A stretch of DNA of 37,621 nt from a virus (taxonomy: Duplodnaviria; Caudoviricetes). How positions within the stretch are numbered: the stretch's first letter is position 1; each line of letters begins with the position of its first letter. The translations under genes were made by a program, and so were the position numbers. The stretch lies in IMG/VR virus record IMGVR_UViG_3300012948_000009, positions 1 through 37,621 of that record; one strand, given 5' to 3'. Positions 17,066-26,374 of the stretch are shown piece after piece. A model generated the notes under the pieces. That model was not told where the DNA came from, did not search any database, and saw nothing but the letters and a program-made list of their open reading frames with translations.

Positions 17066-18283
17066 ATGCCGAATACGCTCATTACCCCGACATGGATTGC
17101 GCGGGAACAACTCCGTGTCGCGGCGAATAAAACCCCGTTTGTCCAGTCGATTACCCGCAAACTCTCCGACGATTTCAAAGTCAGCGGGACGAAAGTCGGC
17201 GCCACGGTGGGCGTCCGGCTCCCGCAGCGCTTCCAGGCGGCCAAAGGGCAAGCGCTTCAGGTGCAAGCCCTGACCGATGTCGTCGTCTTCATCACCATCA
17301 CGGATCAGGCGCAGGTGGGCTACGGGATGTCGTCGTTTTCGGCGACCCTCGAAGTGCAGGACGTGACCGATCGCTATGTCACGCCGATTGCCTATCAGCT
17401 CGCCAACACGATGGATTCAGACGGGCTCTCGCGGCTGTATCAGGACGTCTTTCTCGTGCAGGGGACGCCCGGCGTGATTCCGTCGACGAATCTGATTTAC
17501 ATGAACGCGCGGGCGGCGATTACCGCGATCAGTGGCGGATCGGGCGGGCCGTACCGGATGCTGATCGGGCCGCTCATGCGGCCGGTGATTGCGAATGCGA
17601 ACATGGCGAACATGTTCAACCCGCAAACCGATCTCTCGGACGTCTGGCGCGAGGCGATGTTCAGCGGACCCGCCTTGTCGTGGGACGAGTGGGCGGAAGA
17701 TGCCAACATCGCGACGCACACGGTCGGCCCGCTTGGCGGGGCACCGCAAGTCTCAAGTGCGGGGCAGACCGGATCGTCCCTGGCGACGAGCGGCTGGTCC
17801 CTCGCGGCGGCCAATCGGCTGAAGAAAGGCGACGTCTTCACGATCCAGAACGTCTTCTCGGTCAACATGCAAAACTACCGCTCGACGACGGCGCTGCAGC
17901 AATTCGTTGTGACGGCGGATACGGCGAGTGATGCCAGCGGGCTCGCGACGATTCCGATCTATCCCCCGATCATCACGACGGGGGCCTATCAGACCGTGGA
18001 TTCGAGTCCCGCGCTCAATGCGCCGCTGACGATCTTCGGGACCGCCAATACCGTCACGCCGCAGGGGCTCGGGTATGCGCCGGATGCGTTCGTGATGGCG
18101 TCGGCGGATCTCGAGATGCCGAGTAGCGGCGAATCGAAACGGGTCCGGATGCCGGGCGTGGGCCTGAGTCTCCGGTTCTGGCAGGACTCCGACATCATGA
18201 CCGACCAACACCCATCGAGGTCAGACGTGATCTATGGGTTCAAAACGGTAAGACCGGAATTCGCTGTCCGCGTGTGCAGCTGA
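17066..18283 (+). CDS. Major capsid protein, P22 coat family
   Basis: NTLITPTWIARE, KVGATVGVRLP, LKKGDVFTI..V..VN, LQQFVVTAD, R.DVIYG...RPE.AVR. Confidence 0.93.
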   Translation: MPNTLITPTWIAREQLRVAANKTPFVQSITRKLSDDFKVSGTKVGATVGVRLPQRFQAAKGQALQVQALTDVVVFITITDQAQVGYGMSSFSATLEVQDVTDRYVTPIAYQLANTMDSDGLSRLYQDVFLVQGTPGVIPSTNLIYMNARAAITAISGGSGGPYRMLIGPLMRPVIANANMANMFNPQTDLSDVWREAMFSGPALSWDEWAEDANIATHTVGPLGGAPQVSSAGQTGSSLATSGWSLAAANRLKKGDVFTIQNVFSVNMQNYRSTTALQQFVVTADTASDASGLATIPIYPPIITTGAYQTVDSSPALNAPLTIFGTANTVTPQGLGYAPDAFVMASADLEMPSSGESKRVRMPGVGLSLRFWQDSDIMTDQHPSRSDVIYGFKTVRPEFAVRVCS

Positions 18284-18304
18284 GAGGAGAGGAGTTACAC
18301 AGTC

Positions 18305-18961
18305 ATGGCGTTCACACTAACAACTCTCTCATCGGCCGTCGCGACCAATGACACCACCGTGACGATCGCCGCGATCACGAACGTGACCGTGGGCTGTCTG
18401 ATCGGCATCGACAACGAAGTGATGAAAGTCCTGGCGCCGATTCCCAGTGCCGCCACGACGCCGCTCAATGTCCTGCGCGGGCAGGAAGGGACGGCGCAGG
18501 GCGCGCATGTGGCCTCGGCGCAGGTCCGGATCGGGGCCACAGCCAGTAACCTCGTGCCGGCTGACTGGACGCAACCGTCCGCGGGGTCGCCGTCGATGGC
18601 GGCCGTCGTGGCGGCCCCGACGCGGGATCGGTTGTCCTATTCCGCCGCGGGCGCGATTACCCTGCCGCGGATCGGCGGCGATATGGTCGCGGTCCTCAAC
18701 GGCACGACGCTCTTGGCGATGACCTTGGCGAATCCCTCGGTCGAGCAGGACGGCTCGCGGCTGACGATCATCGGCAACGGCAAAGCCGCGCATACGGTGA
18801 CCTACTCGACCGGCCTGGGCAACCTCGGCGCCGGCGCGACGGTGATCACGTTCCGTGCCACGCAAGGGCAAGGGATCGATCTGGTCGCCGCGGGCGGGTT
18901 CTGGGTCAATGTCTCGCTCGTCGCCGGCGCGGCCACGGTCGCCGGGGTCGGGGTCGCGTAA
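18305..18961 (+). CDS. Capsid decoration-like protein
   Basis: Follows the coat gene with a strong RBS; TTLSSAV...IDNEVM...V.RG.EGT...AH motif. Confidence 0.65.
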   Translation: MAFTLTTLSSAVATNDTTVTIAAITNVTVGCLIGIDNEVMKVLAPIPSAATTPLNVLRGQEGTAQGAHVASAQVRIGATASNLVPADWTQPSAGSPSMAAVVAAPTRDRLSYSAAGAITLPRIGGDMVAVLNGTTLLAMTLANPSVEQDGSRLTIIGNGKAAHTVTYSTGLGNLGAGATVITFRATQGQGIDLVAAGGFWVNVSLVAGAATVAGVGVA

Positions 18962-19020
18962 ACCGCCGTCGCCGGCGCGTCGGCGCCGCAAGGGGAACCC
19001 GCCGACGCGCCGCCGGCGGT
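18962..19020 (+). other. Long GC-rich intergenic stem-loop
   Basis: GGCGCGTCGGCG (18974) pairs with CGCCGACGCGCC (19000), with outer ACCGCCG/CGGCGGT and an inner CC-GCAA-GG. No U-tract. Confidence 0.6.
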
Positions 19021-19043
19021 CGGTCGTGCGAAAGGAACCGCAG

Positions 19044-19391
19044 ATGGCTGAGCCTGTCACGCCGCCGCGGCCGACGCGGGATCGCGCGGAATTTGCCCGG
19101 CAGCACGCCAACGGGCAGACGGATCTGCGCCGGGCACCGATTCCCGCCACGCCCGGCGGCGCGCTCGTCGGGCCGTATCCCGCGCAACCGTTTGACCTCA
19201 AAACACCCGATCCGGGGTCCGTGCCGAAGGGGCTGGAATTTCCGAAGATGGTGTTTCACGCGAACCACGGCGCCCGCGTGGATCCGGTCGCGCCCGTGAC
19301 GGTGGACGATGCGGCGGAAGCCGCGGAAGCGGCAGCGCTCGGGTGGACATTCGAGAGCCCGGCCGCGGCGATTGCGGCCCGTAAGGAGTAA
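19044..19391 (+). CDS. Hypothetical virion-associated protein, PKMxF paralog 1
   Basis: AAAGGA RBS; EFPKMVF...VDDAAEA...GW..SP. Confidence 0.7.
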   Translation: MAEPVTPPRPTRDRAEFARQHANGQTDLRRAPIPATPGGALVGPYPAQPFDLKTPDPGSVPKGLEFPKMVFHANHGARVDPVAPVTVDDAAEAAEAAALGWTFESPAAAIAARKE

Positions 19392-19396
19392 GTGCG

Positions 19397-19735
19397 ATGG
19401 CAACCGCTGAGACGACGAAACACGAGAAAGCCCCGGCGAGCGGCAGCGAGAAGGACAAAGCCGACGACGTGGCCAAGCTTGAGGCGCAGATCGCGGATCT
19501 GGAGAAACAGCTCGAGGAGGCGCGGGCGAAACTGCGCCGGGCGCTGGCGCCGGACTATCCGAAGATGGTGTTCAGCGCGAAACAACCCGACGTGCCGGTC
19601 GATCCGCCGCCGCCGCCCGAAGTCCAGAGCAAAGTCGTGGCGGGGCCGGACGAGGAAGCGGAGGCGAAGAAAGAGGGCTTCACCTATGCTTCGCAGGCCG
19701 ACGCGCAAGCCGCCGCGACCAAAGGGAGTAAGTGA
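19397..19735 (+). CDS. Hypothetical protein, PKMxF paralog 2 with coiled coil
   Basis: AAGGAG RBS; DYPKMVF...VAGPDEE...GF..AS. Confidence 0.7.
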   Translation: MATAETTKHEKAPASGSEKDKADDVAKLEAQIADLEKQLEEARAKLRRALAPDYPKMVFSAKQPDVPVDPPPPPEVQSKVVAGPDEEAEAKKEGFTYASQADAQAAATKGSK

Positions 19736-20337
19736 TGGCGCTCGACCTCTCGACGCTCAGTGCGGAAGACTTGCGGGCGCTGACGACCGCGATCCAGAAA
19801 TCGCACCTGCAAGCCGCGCAGGATGCGATGGATGAGGGCGCGCGCCTGCACCACGAGAAAAACGCGCCGTGGGCGCCGGGCGGCACCTACGAGAAAGTCC
19901 TGCAGACCCTCCCGCCCTACGTCTACCGCGAATATCCGAAGATGCTGTTCACCGCGGACTATGTCCCGGCGTGCGGGGCGTTCGACGCGGCGCACAAGTT
20001 CCGCGAACGGCGCGATGAACCCGGCACCCGCGATGATCTGATCAAACGGGCGGAACGGCGGAAACAGGACGCCTGTCGCATCGTGGCGGATGCGGCCGAA
20101 GAGCGCGCGTGTCTGGAGTCGGGACTGTGGGCGAACTCGCCCCAGGCGGCGGTGCTGCAGGACGAAGCCCGGCAACAGGCGATTGCGCAGGCCGCGGCGG
20201 AGAGTGCGTGGGATGACCGGCGGCTCTCCTCTGACGCGCTGGCAGAGCGGGACGCGATCGACGCGGAGTCGGAGGGGCATCTCGTCGAAGTGCCTGCGAG
20301 ACGGCGACCGGGACGGCCGCGGAAGGTCGAGCCATGA
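19732..20337 (+). CDS. Hypothetical protein, PKMxF paralog 3
   Basis: EYPKMLF...VADAAEE...GLW.NSP; C-terminal RRRPGRPRK AT-hook-like tail. Confidence 0.7.
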   Translation: MMALDLSTLSAEDLRALTTAIQKSHLQAAQDAMDEGARLHHEKNAPWAPGGTYEKVLQTLPPYVYREYPKMLFTADYVPACGAFDAAHKFRERRDEPGTRDDLIKRAERRKQDACRIVADAAEERACLESGLWANSPQAAVLQDEARQQAIAQAAAESAWDDRRLSSDALAERDAIDAESEGHLVEVPARRRPGRPRKVEP

Positions 20338-20546
20338 TCCGTCCGGCGTCGCCGTTGACGCTCACGCGGGTGACATGGTTGCTCGTGGGGATCTTGGTCG
20401 GCGCACTGCTCTCTAGTCCGGTCTCCGCGCAGGCGGCGCAGCGGATGTTTGCGTCGTTGACGAGTCAACTGGCGAGCGGGCGATCGACGCCGATTCTCTG
20501 TACGGCGAATGGCACCGGCTGTTATCTCCAAGTGCAAGCCCACTGA
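20334..20546 (+). CDS. Small signal-peptide protein
   Basis: Hydrophobic N-terminus ending VSA|Q; the mature part contains C-x6-C. Confidence 0.7.
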   Translation: MIRPASPLTLTRVTWLLVGILVGALLSSPVSAQAAQRMFASLTSQLASGRSTPILCTANGTGCYLQVQAH

Positions 20547-20547
20547 C

Positions 20548-21504
20548 ATGCGAGAACGACTGCGGCTGATCGGGTTAGGACTGCTCCTCGTCGTCACGGT
20601 GGGGACCGTGTACAGCGTGGTCAAGGCGCAGGCGGCGGCGCGGCTGTTTGCCACGCTCACGAGTAACTTGAATAGCGGGATCAGTACGCCCGTGACGTGT
20701 ACGCAGAATGGGAATGGGTGTTACTTGGATGTGCAGGTCGCGGGAGGCGGGGGGACGTTTACGGGGCCGGTGCTGCTGCCGGATGGGACGAATGGCGCGC
20801 CAAGTCTCAGTTTTACCAACAATCAGGATCGCGGACTGTTCAACGATACCGGCAATAGCGGGATCGGCCTGACGGTCGGCGGGGTGCAACGAGCGCTCTT
20901 CAACGTGGGCGGTTTGTATCTTAATGGCATCGTCAACCTGCCCTCCACGGGTCAGGTCGGGTGGAGTTCGGCCGGCTATCTGCTCGCCAATGATACGACG
21001 CTCACGCGTGGCGGTGCCGCCGGCAAACTCACCCTCACCGGCACCACGCCCATGCTCCAATTGGGGGGGACCACCAGTAGCTTCCCGGCGCTGAAACAGC
21101 TTGGATCGGGGATGCAGATCCGGAGTGCAGATGATTCGGGGACGGCAGTCATGTATGGGCGATTTGGGGCCAGTAATATGTGGGCCACTGACGTGTCACC
21201 CACGATTTCCTCTGGCTTCGGCACATCGCCCAGTATTCCGACACCGAATGGATCGTCTGCCTTCACGATCAACGTGGGCACAGGGGGCACCGCGACGGCT
21301 GGCGTCATTGGCTTGGCAACGGCCACAACAGGCTGGAATTGTCATGTGACGGACATTACCGCCGCCTCCGGCCATACCGGCCTGCGCACCTACATCACGG
21401 CCAGTACGACCACGACCGCCACGGTCGAATCCCAGAACTCCGCCGGGGCCGCCACCGCGTGGGCCGCCTCGTCCATCCTCCGCGTCTCCTGCTTCGCCTA
21501 CTGA
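20548..21504 (+). CDS. Fibre-like protein with N-terminal signal peptide
   Basis: MRERLRLIGLGLLLVVTVGTVYSVVKA|Q; DGT.GAPSLSF fibre repeat; Gly/Thr-rich; two-Cys C-terminal domain. Confidence 0.75.
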   Translation: MRERLRLIGLGLLLVVTVGTVYSVVKAQAAARLFATLTSNLNSGISTPVTCTQNGNGCYLDVQVAGGGGTFTGPVLLPDGTNGAPSLSFTNNQDRGLFNDTGNSGIGLTVGGVQRALFNVGGLYLNGIVNLPSTGQVGWSSAGYLLANDTTLTRGGAAGKLTLTGTTPMLQLGGTTSSFPALKQLGSGMQIRSADDSGTAVMYGRFGASNMWATDVSPTISSGFGTSPSIPTPNGSSAFTINVGTGGTATAGVIGLATATTGWNCHVTDITAASGHTGLRTYITASTTTTATVESQNSAGAATAWAASSILRVSCFAY

Positions 21505-21510
21505 GCCGCC

Positions 21511-22239
21511 ATGACCGGGAATGCCTGGATCCGTGCCGCCCTCGTCAAACTCGGCGCCCTCGATCCGACCGACACCTTGGACGCCGATACCGCGCAATCC
21601 GCGCTTGACACCGGCAACGACTGGATCGATTCCCTCGCCCTCCAAGACTTCAGCGTCTATTACTTGCTCCGGACCGTCGTGCCGCTCTCCGCCAGTACGC
21701 CGAGTTACACGATCGGCACGGGCGGGACGATCAATATCGTCCGGCCGGTGGACATCGACCACGCGAATCTCGTCATCAGCACCACGCCGACGAACACGGA
21801 GACCCCGATCAGTGTCTTCACCGATCAGGAATGGGAACTCATTCCGCAGAAAGCGGCGACGTCCAGTTACCCGCAGGGCATCTACTACGACCACGGCTGG
21901 ATCGCGGGTCTCGCGCGGATCTCGCCCTACCCCATCCCGACTCAAACCGTGTCGATCGTGCTCTACACGCCGCAAGCGCTCGTGGAAATGGCCTCGGGCG
22001 TCGATGTGACCTTTCCGCCAGGCTACCGCAAGTTCCTGACCTACGGCCTCGCACGGGAACTCTCGGCCTCGGGGTTCACGGGCTGGGACGGCGAGAAAGA
22101 AGCCATCTATCAAGCCGTGCGATCCGATGTCTTTGCGAAGAACGAACGGATCCGCGAACTCCTGATCGATCCGATGTTTGCCGGATCGGCGGGGCGCGCC
22201 AATATCTACACGGGCACGGTCGCCGGACGGGTGATGTAA
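21511..22239 (+). CDS. Head-tail adaptor (P22 gp4-like)
   Basis: IRAALVKLGAL...AL...ND.IDS, YTIG.GG....RP, FPPGY...L.YGLA.EL. Confidence 0.78.
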   Translation: MTGNAWIRAALVKLGALDPTDTLDADTAQSALDTGNDWIDSLALQDFSVYYLLRTVVPLSASTPSYTIGTGGTINIVRPVDIDHANLVISTTPTNTETPISVFTDQEWELIPQKAATSSYPQGIYYDHGWIAGLARISPYPIPTQTVSIVLYTPQALVEMASGVDVTFPPGYRKFLTYGLARELSASGFTGWDGEKEAIYQAVRSDVFAKNERIRELLIDPMFAGSAGRANIYTGTVAGRVM

Positions 22240-23703
22240 GTGAACTTCCCCACGCTCATCGGCCCCTCCTACACCGCCGCGGCGTATCGCGCGGATACGG
22301 AAGAAACCCGCAATTGGATCCCGCAGACGGTCGAGAGTCCGGGCGCGGTCGCGCAACGGTTTCTCCATCCGACGCCCGGCTATGTCACCTGGGCGACGGT
22401 CAGTGACTCACCGATCCGCGCGCTCTTTGCGCAGGACGGCCGCTGCTTTGCCGTCGTGGGCGCGGTCTTCTACGAAGCGACGCTGATCACGCCCTCCGAT
22501 GTGACGGCCGGAGCCACGCTGACGAATCGCGGCGCCGTCACGAACGATCTGCTGCCGGCGGTGATCTGTTCGGGGGGCGATGCGGCGAACCAATTGGGGA
22601 TCATCTCGGGCGGCACGTTCTACAGCTACGACCTCTTGACGAACGTGTTGACGCCCGTGCCGGCGGCGGGGACCGGGCTCGTGACGGGCGGGTATCTGGA
22701 CGGCTACTTCTGGACGCTCGATGACGCCTCGACGTTCCACCTGTCCGATCTGCTCGACGGCTTGACGTGGGATCCGTTGCAAGTCGCGCAGCGCAACGAT
22801 GCGCCGGACCGCTGGATCTCCGGCCTGACAGTCGGCAAACGGATCTGGCTCTTCGGCTCGGAAACGTCGAGCGTGCTCTACGACGCGGCCACGTTTCCCT
22901 TTCCCTTTGCGCTCGTCCCCGATGCCTTGATCCCGCAGGGCATTGCCGCGGTGTGGTCGGCCGTCAATGTCAACGGGATCCCGGTGTGGCTGAGCGAACA
23001 TGCGCACGGGGCGCGCACGATCGTCGCCGCGAACGGGTTTGGCCCGCCGACGAAAGTGAGTCAGGCCGCCGTCGAGTACGCGCTCGATCAGTACACCACG
23101 ATCCGCGACGGCGTGGGGATGGCGTATCAGTGGCAGGGCCGCTGGATCTATCAGCTGAGTTTCCCGCAGGAGGATCAGTCCTGGGCCGTGACGATGGATA
23201 CCGGCGAATGGTTCCAGCCCTCCTACTGGAACGTCTTGACCTCGGAGTGGGAATGTGCGCGGGCACAGACCCACTGTTTCGCGTTCGGGCAACCGATCGT
23301 GGGCGACCGCGCGACCGGCACGCTCTACCGCTGGGATGGCGCCACCTGCACGGATGCCAGCGGTGCGGCCTGTCGACGGGTCCGGCGCGTGCCCTTGCCG
23401 CGACTCCTCGAGGGCACGCAATGGATCAAGCTGCACGATCTGGAGTTGCTGCTCGATGTCGGCATCGGGACCGTGAGCGGGCAGGGTGTCGATCCGCAAC
23501 TCATTCTGCGGATCAGTCGGGACGGGGGCAAGACCTGGGGCAATGACAAGCAGACGACGGCGGGCGCGATGGGCGCCTACTGGACGCGCGTCATGTGGCA
23601 ACGGCTCGGGCGTGTCCGCGATGGCCTCGGGGTCGTGGAAATTGTGGTGACCGATCCCAATCCCTGGCGGCTCGTCGGAGCGGCCTTTACGGTGGCGGCC
23701 TAG
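22240..23703 (+). CDS. Tail hub / DNA stabilisation protein (P22 gp10-like)
   Basis: L.PTPG, YLDGYF, LFGSET, DPQLILRISRDGGKTW, G.MG.Y.TRV.WQRLG. Confidence 0.88.
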   Translation: MNFPTLIGPSYTAAAYRADTEETRNWIPQTVESPGAVAQRFLHPTPGYVTWATVSDSPIRALFAQDGRCFAVVGAVFYEATLITPSDVTAGATLTNRGAVTNDLLPAVICSGGDAANQLGIISGGTFYSYDLLTNVLTPVPAAGTGLVTGGYLDGYFWTLDDASTFHLSDLLDGLTWDPLQVAQRNDAPDRWISGLTVGKRIWLFGSETSSVLYDAATFPFPFALVPDALIPQGIAAVWSAVNVNGIPVWLSEHAHGARTIVAANGFGPPTKVSQAAVEYALDQYTTIRDGVGMAYQWQGRWIYQLSFPQEDQSWAVTMDTGEWFQPSYWNVLTSEWECARAQTHCFAFGQPIVGDRATGTLYRWDGATCTDASGAACRRVRRVPLPRLLEGTQWIKLHDLELLLDVGIGTVSGQGVDPQLILRISRDGGKTWGNDKQTTAGAMGAYWTRVMWQRLGRVRDGLGVVEIVVTDPNPWRLVGAAFTVAA

Positions 23704-23706
23704 ATC

Positions 23707-23943
23707 ATGGCCCTCAATCCGCCCGCCGTCCCGCTCCCGCCGCAGTACCTGAATGAAGCGCACGGGGTGACGCTCAAGGGTGTCGTCGATCGCTTGAACC
23801 TGGGCCTGCTGCAAGGCAACGGCTCGCCCGCAGGCGTCATTGTGGCTGATGTCGGCACGCTCTATCGACGGCTGGATGGGGCGCCCACGCTCTGGGTCAA
23901 GGAATCGGGCGGGGGCACCGCGGCCGGCTGGGTGAGTAAGTGA
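23707..23943 (+). CDS. Small tail protein (gp26 position)
   Basis: GNGSPAGVIVADVGTLY.RLDG..TLWVKESG.GT.GW motif found in tail/fibre proteins. Confidence 0.65.
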   Translation: MALNPPAVPLPPQYLNEAHGVTLKGVVDRLNLGLLQGNGSPAGVIVADVGTLYRRLDGAPTLWVKESGGGTAAGWVSK

Positions 23944-24353
23944 CCGCACGCATCTTGCCGCGCACCGAATACGCCCGCTTGGCCGACACCTATCTGTCAG
24001 CCTTGCGCGATGTCATTCCGGACGAGGCGCGCGTCGTGGTGGTCGAAGATGACGACGGCCGGATCGTGGCGTCGTGGATGGCCTTCCGCGTGGTGCATCT
24101 CGAGGGGTGCTCCGTGGCGGAGGATCAGCGGGGCAATCCGGCGGTCCTGCGGCGCCTGTTGGGGATGATGCACCGGGCGCTCGGGGAGCTCGGCGCCGTG
24201 CGCGTGATGACCGCGGCGGATAGCGATCATGTCGCGTCGTTGCTCTTCAAGCTCGGTGCGGTGCCGCTGCCGGTCGAACATTTTGTGCTCGAGGTCACGG
24301 CGCTCGATCGGTGGGCGCCGCATCCCTCCGAGACACACGACGGAGGCGCGTGA
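23940..24353 (+). CDS. GNAT-fold-like protein (P22 gp14 position)
   Basis: VVEDDDGRIVA, HLEG..V...QRG, LL.KLG. Confidence 0.6.
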   Translation: MTARILPRTEYARLADTYLSALRDVIPDEARVVVVEDDDGRIVASWMAFRVVHLEGCSVAEDQRGNPAVLRRLLGMMHRALGELGAVRVMTAADSDHVASLLFKLGAVPLPVEHFVLEVTALDRWAPHPSETHDGGA

Positions 24354-24859
24354 TGCCGGCCAGTCTGCTCGTGCCGCTCTTGCTCGGCGGGACTTCGACG
24401 GCGCTGAATCTGATCGGCGCGAAGAAGTCGAGTGACGCCGCGAAAGACGCGGCGAAGATCCAACAGGAGGCGACGAATCGCGCGCTCGAAACCGCACAGG
24501 CGGTCTATGCGCCCTATCTGCAAGTCGGGCAACTCGCCGCGCAACGCCTGATGGGGCCGGCCCTCGCCCAACCCTACACGCAAGCCTTTACCGGGCCAGG
24601 CGGCTCGACGGGGTACCAAGCGTATGTGCCGGGGCCGATGCCGGATGTCCTGCCGCAACCCTACGCCCTCCCGCCGGGCGTCAATATTCCGCCGCAGGGA
24701 TACGGCTACGTGCCGCCGACGACCGCAGTCCCGCGCGTCGGTGTGGGGGCGGGACCGCGGATTGGGGCACCCGTCCCGGCCATGATGGGCGGCCCGAATC
24801 CGGCCGGCCCGTATGCGATGGCCTTCAATCCCGCGGCGCTCCCGCCGTACCTGCGCTGA
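24353..24859 (+). CDS. DNA ejection protein (gp7-like)
   Basis: Hydrophobic N-terminus, IGAKKSSDAAKDAAKIQ...APYLQVG. Confidence 0.72.
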   Translation: MPASLLVPLLLGGTSTALNLIGAKKSSDAAKDAAKIQQEATNRALETAQAVYAPYLQVGQLAAQRLMGPALAQPYTQAFTGPGGSTGYQAYVPGPMPDVLPQPYALPPGVNIPPQGYGYVPPTTAVPRVGVGAGPRIGAPVPAMMGGPNPAGPYAMAFNPAALPPYLR

Positions 24860-24865
24860 CCCGTC

Positions 24866-26371
24866 ATGGCGAGCCGATCCACGCCGCGGCGCATCCCGCT
24901 CCCGCAAGCGACTACGCAGGTCGAGCCGGGGCGCTATGAAGCCGATCCCACGGACGCCCCCGCTCCTGCGCCTCCACCCCCGCCGGCACCGGCGCCGTTC
25001 GATCCCACGCAACAGGTCGGCCACGAAGGGCGCACCAGTAGCGGCTTGACCCGCGAACAGTACCGCGATGCCTGGCAGTCGTCCGGCGCGACGACGATGC
25101 AGGATCTGCAGAACTTCGTCAGCCAGCACGGCGGGCGGATTGTCTCGGCCAACGGCACGGTCCTGACACCGTTCGGCGAGCAGATCGACATGCTGATCGG
25201 CGCGCGGTCGGGCAAAGGATCGGCCGGCTGGGGCGGCGTGGATGGGGGCGGCGGGGGCGGGGCGCCGGGGAGTGGGGGCGGTGGCCTCCCGCCCGCGGGC
25301 TACAGCAGTGCGTTTGTCGGCGGCGGCGGCGGTAGCGGTGGCGGGGGCGTGCCCGGCATGGGCGGGATCGGGCGCCTGGATCCCACGGCCTTTACCACGC
25401 CGACGCAATACACACCGACGGCGATCGCCGCACCCGATCCGCTCGTCGCGCAGATCCTCGCGGAGCGGGGGGCGTTTGTCGCGCCGACGGCCGCCGAAGC
25501 CGCCGCGGATCCGGGCTATCAGTTTGCGCTCGCCCAAGGGCAAGGCGCGCTCGGCAATCGCTTTGCGGCGAGTGGTCTGCGCGGGGCCGGACAGGCGCAG
25601 GCGCTGAGCGATTACAACCAGCAAGCCGCCGCGCAGCAGTACCAGAACGTCTACGGCCGCCGGTTCGGCGAATACCAGGACGCCTTTCAACAAGCGCTCG
25701 CGACCGCGCAAGCCAATAACGCCGCGCAGGCGCAGGCGTATGGCCTGACCAATCAATTCTCGCAGGCCGCGGCGCAATTCAACGAAGCGCAACGCGCCGC
25801 CGCCGCGCAGAACTACGCGCAAAACCTCCTCGGCGTCGAGAGTGCGCGGGCCGGCAATGCGGTCAACGTCTTCAACGCCAATACGCAAGCGGCGCTCGGG
25901 CAAGGGCAACTCGGCCTCGGCTACTACAACGCCGACATCACCCGGCAACTGGGCCTCGGCAACATCGGCTTGGGGTACTACAACGCGGACATCAACCGCG
26001 AATTGGGGCTCGGCAATCTCGGCGTGGCGCAGGGGCAATTGGGGCTCGCGCAACAGGGCCAGCAGTACAACCAGGCGCTCAATACCTTCAACACCAATTA
26101 CGGGGTCTATCGCGATGTGCGCGATACGGCGTTCAATCAGGACTATCAGCGCGCATTGCTTGGCTTCAATGCCGCGAGCGGCTACGGGAATGCCGCGGGC
26201 AACTTGCTGACCGGCGCGGGGAATGCCGGCGCGGCGGGGCGCGTCGGATCCGCGAACGCGTGGAATCAAGCCTACCAGAACATGGCCGGCATGGCGGGGT
26301 ACTACGCAGGCCAGTATTTTCGCCGACCGGGCGGGTATCAGGCGCCGGTGGATGAGCAGGTCTGGATCTAA
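24866..26371 (+). CDS. DNA ejection protein
   Basis: DPGYQFAL.QG, AASGLRG, Gly/Ala/Gln/Asn-rich; contains an 18-aa repeat (LGLGYYNADI.R.LGLG.). Confidence 0.72.
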   Translation: MASRSTPRRIPLPQATTQVEPGRYEADPTDAPAPAPPPPPAPAPFDPTQQVGHEGRTSSGLTREQYRDAWQSSGATTMQDLQNFVSQHGGRIVSANGTVLTPFGEQIDMLIGARSGKGSAGWGGVDGGGGGGAPGSGGGGLPPAGYSSAFVGGGGGSGGGGVPGMGGIGRLDPTAFTTPTQYTPTAIAAPDPLVAQILAERGAFVAPTAAEAAADPGYQFALAQGQGALGNRFAASGLRGAGQAQALSDYNQQAAAQQYQNVYGRRFGEYQDAFQQALATAQANNAAQAQAYGLTNQFSQAAAQFNEAQRAAAAQNYAQNLLGVESARAGNAVNVFNANTQAALGQGQLGLGYYNADITRQLGLGNIGLGYYNADINRELGLGNLGVAQGQLGLAQQGQQYNQALNTFNTNYGVYRDVRDTAFNQDYQRALLGFNAASGYGNAAGNLLTGAGNAGAAGRVGSANAWNQAYQNMAGMAGYYAGQYFRRPGGYQAPVDEQVWI

Positions 26372-26374
26372 CCC

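Noticed and set aside
25900-26050. CRISPR-like array
   Set aside because: A 54-nt in-frame coding repeat (LGLGYYNADI.R.LGLG) with only about two units and no unique spacers.
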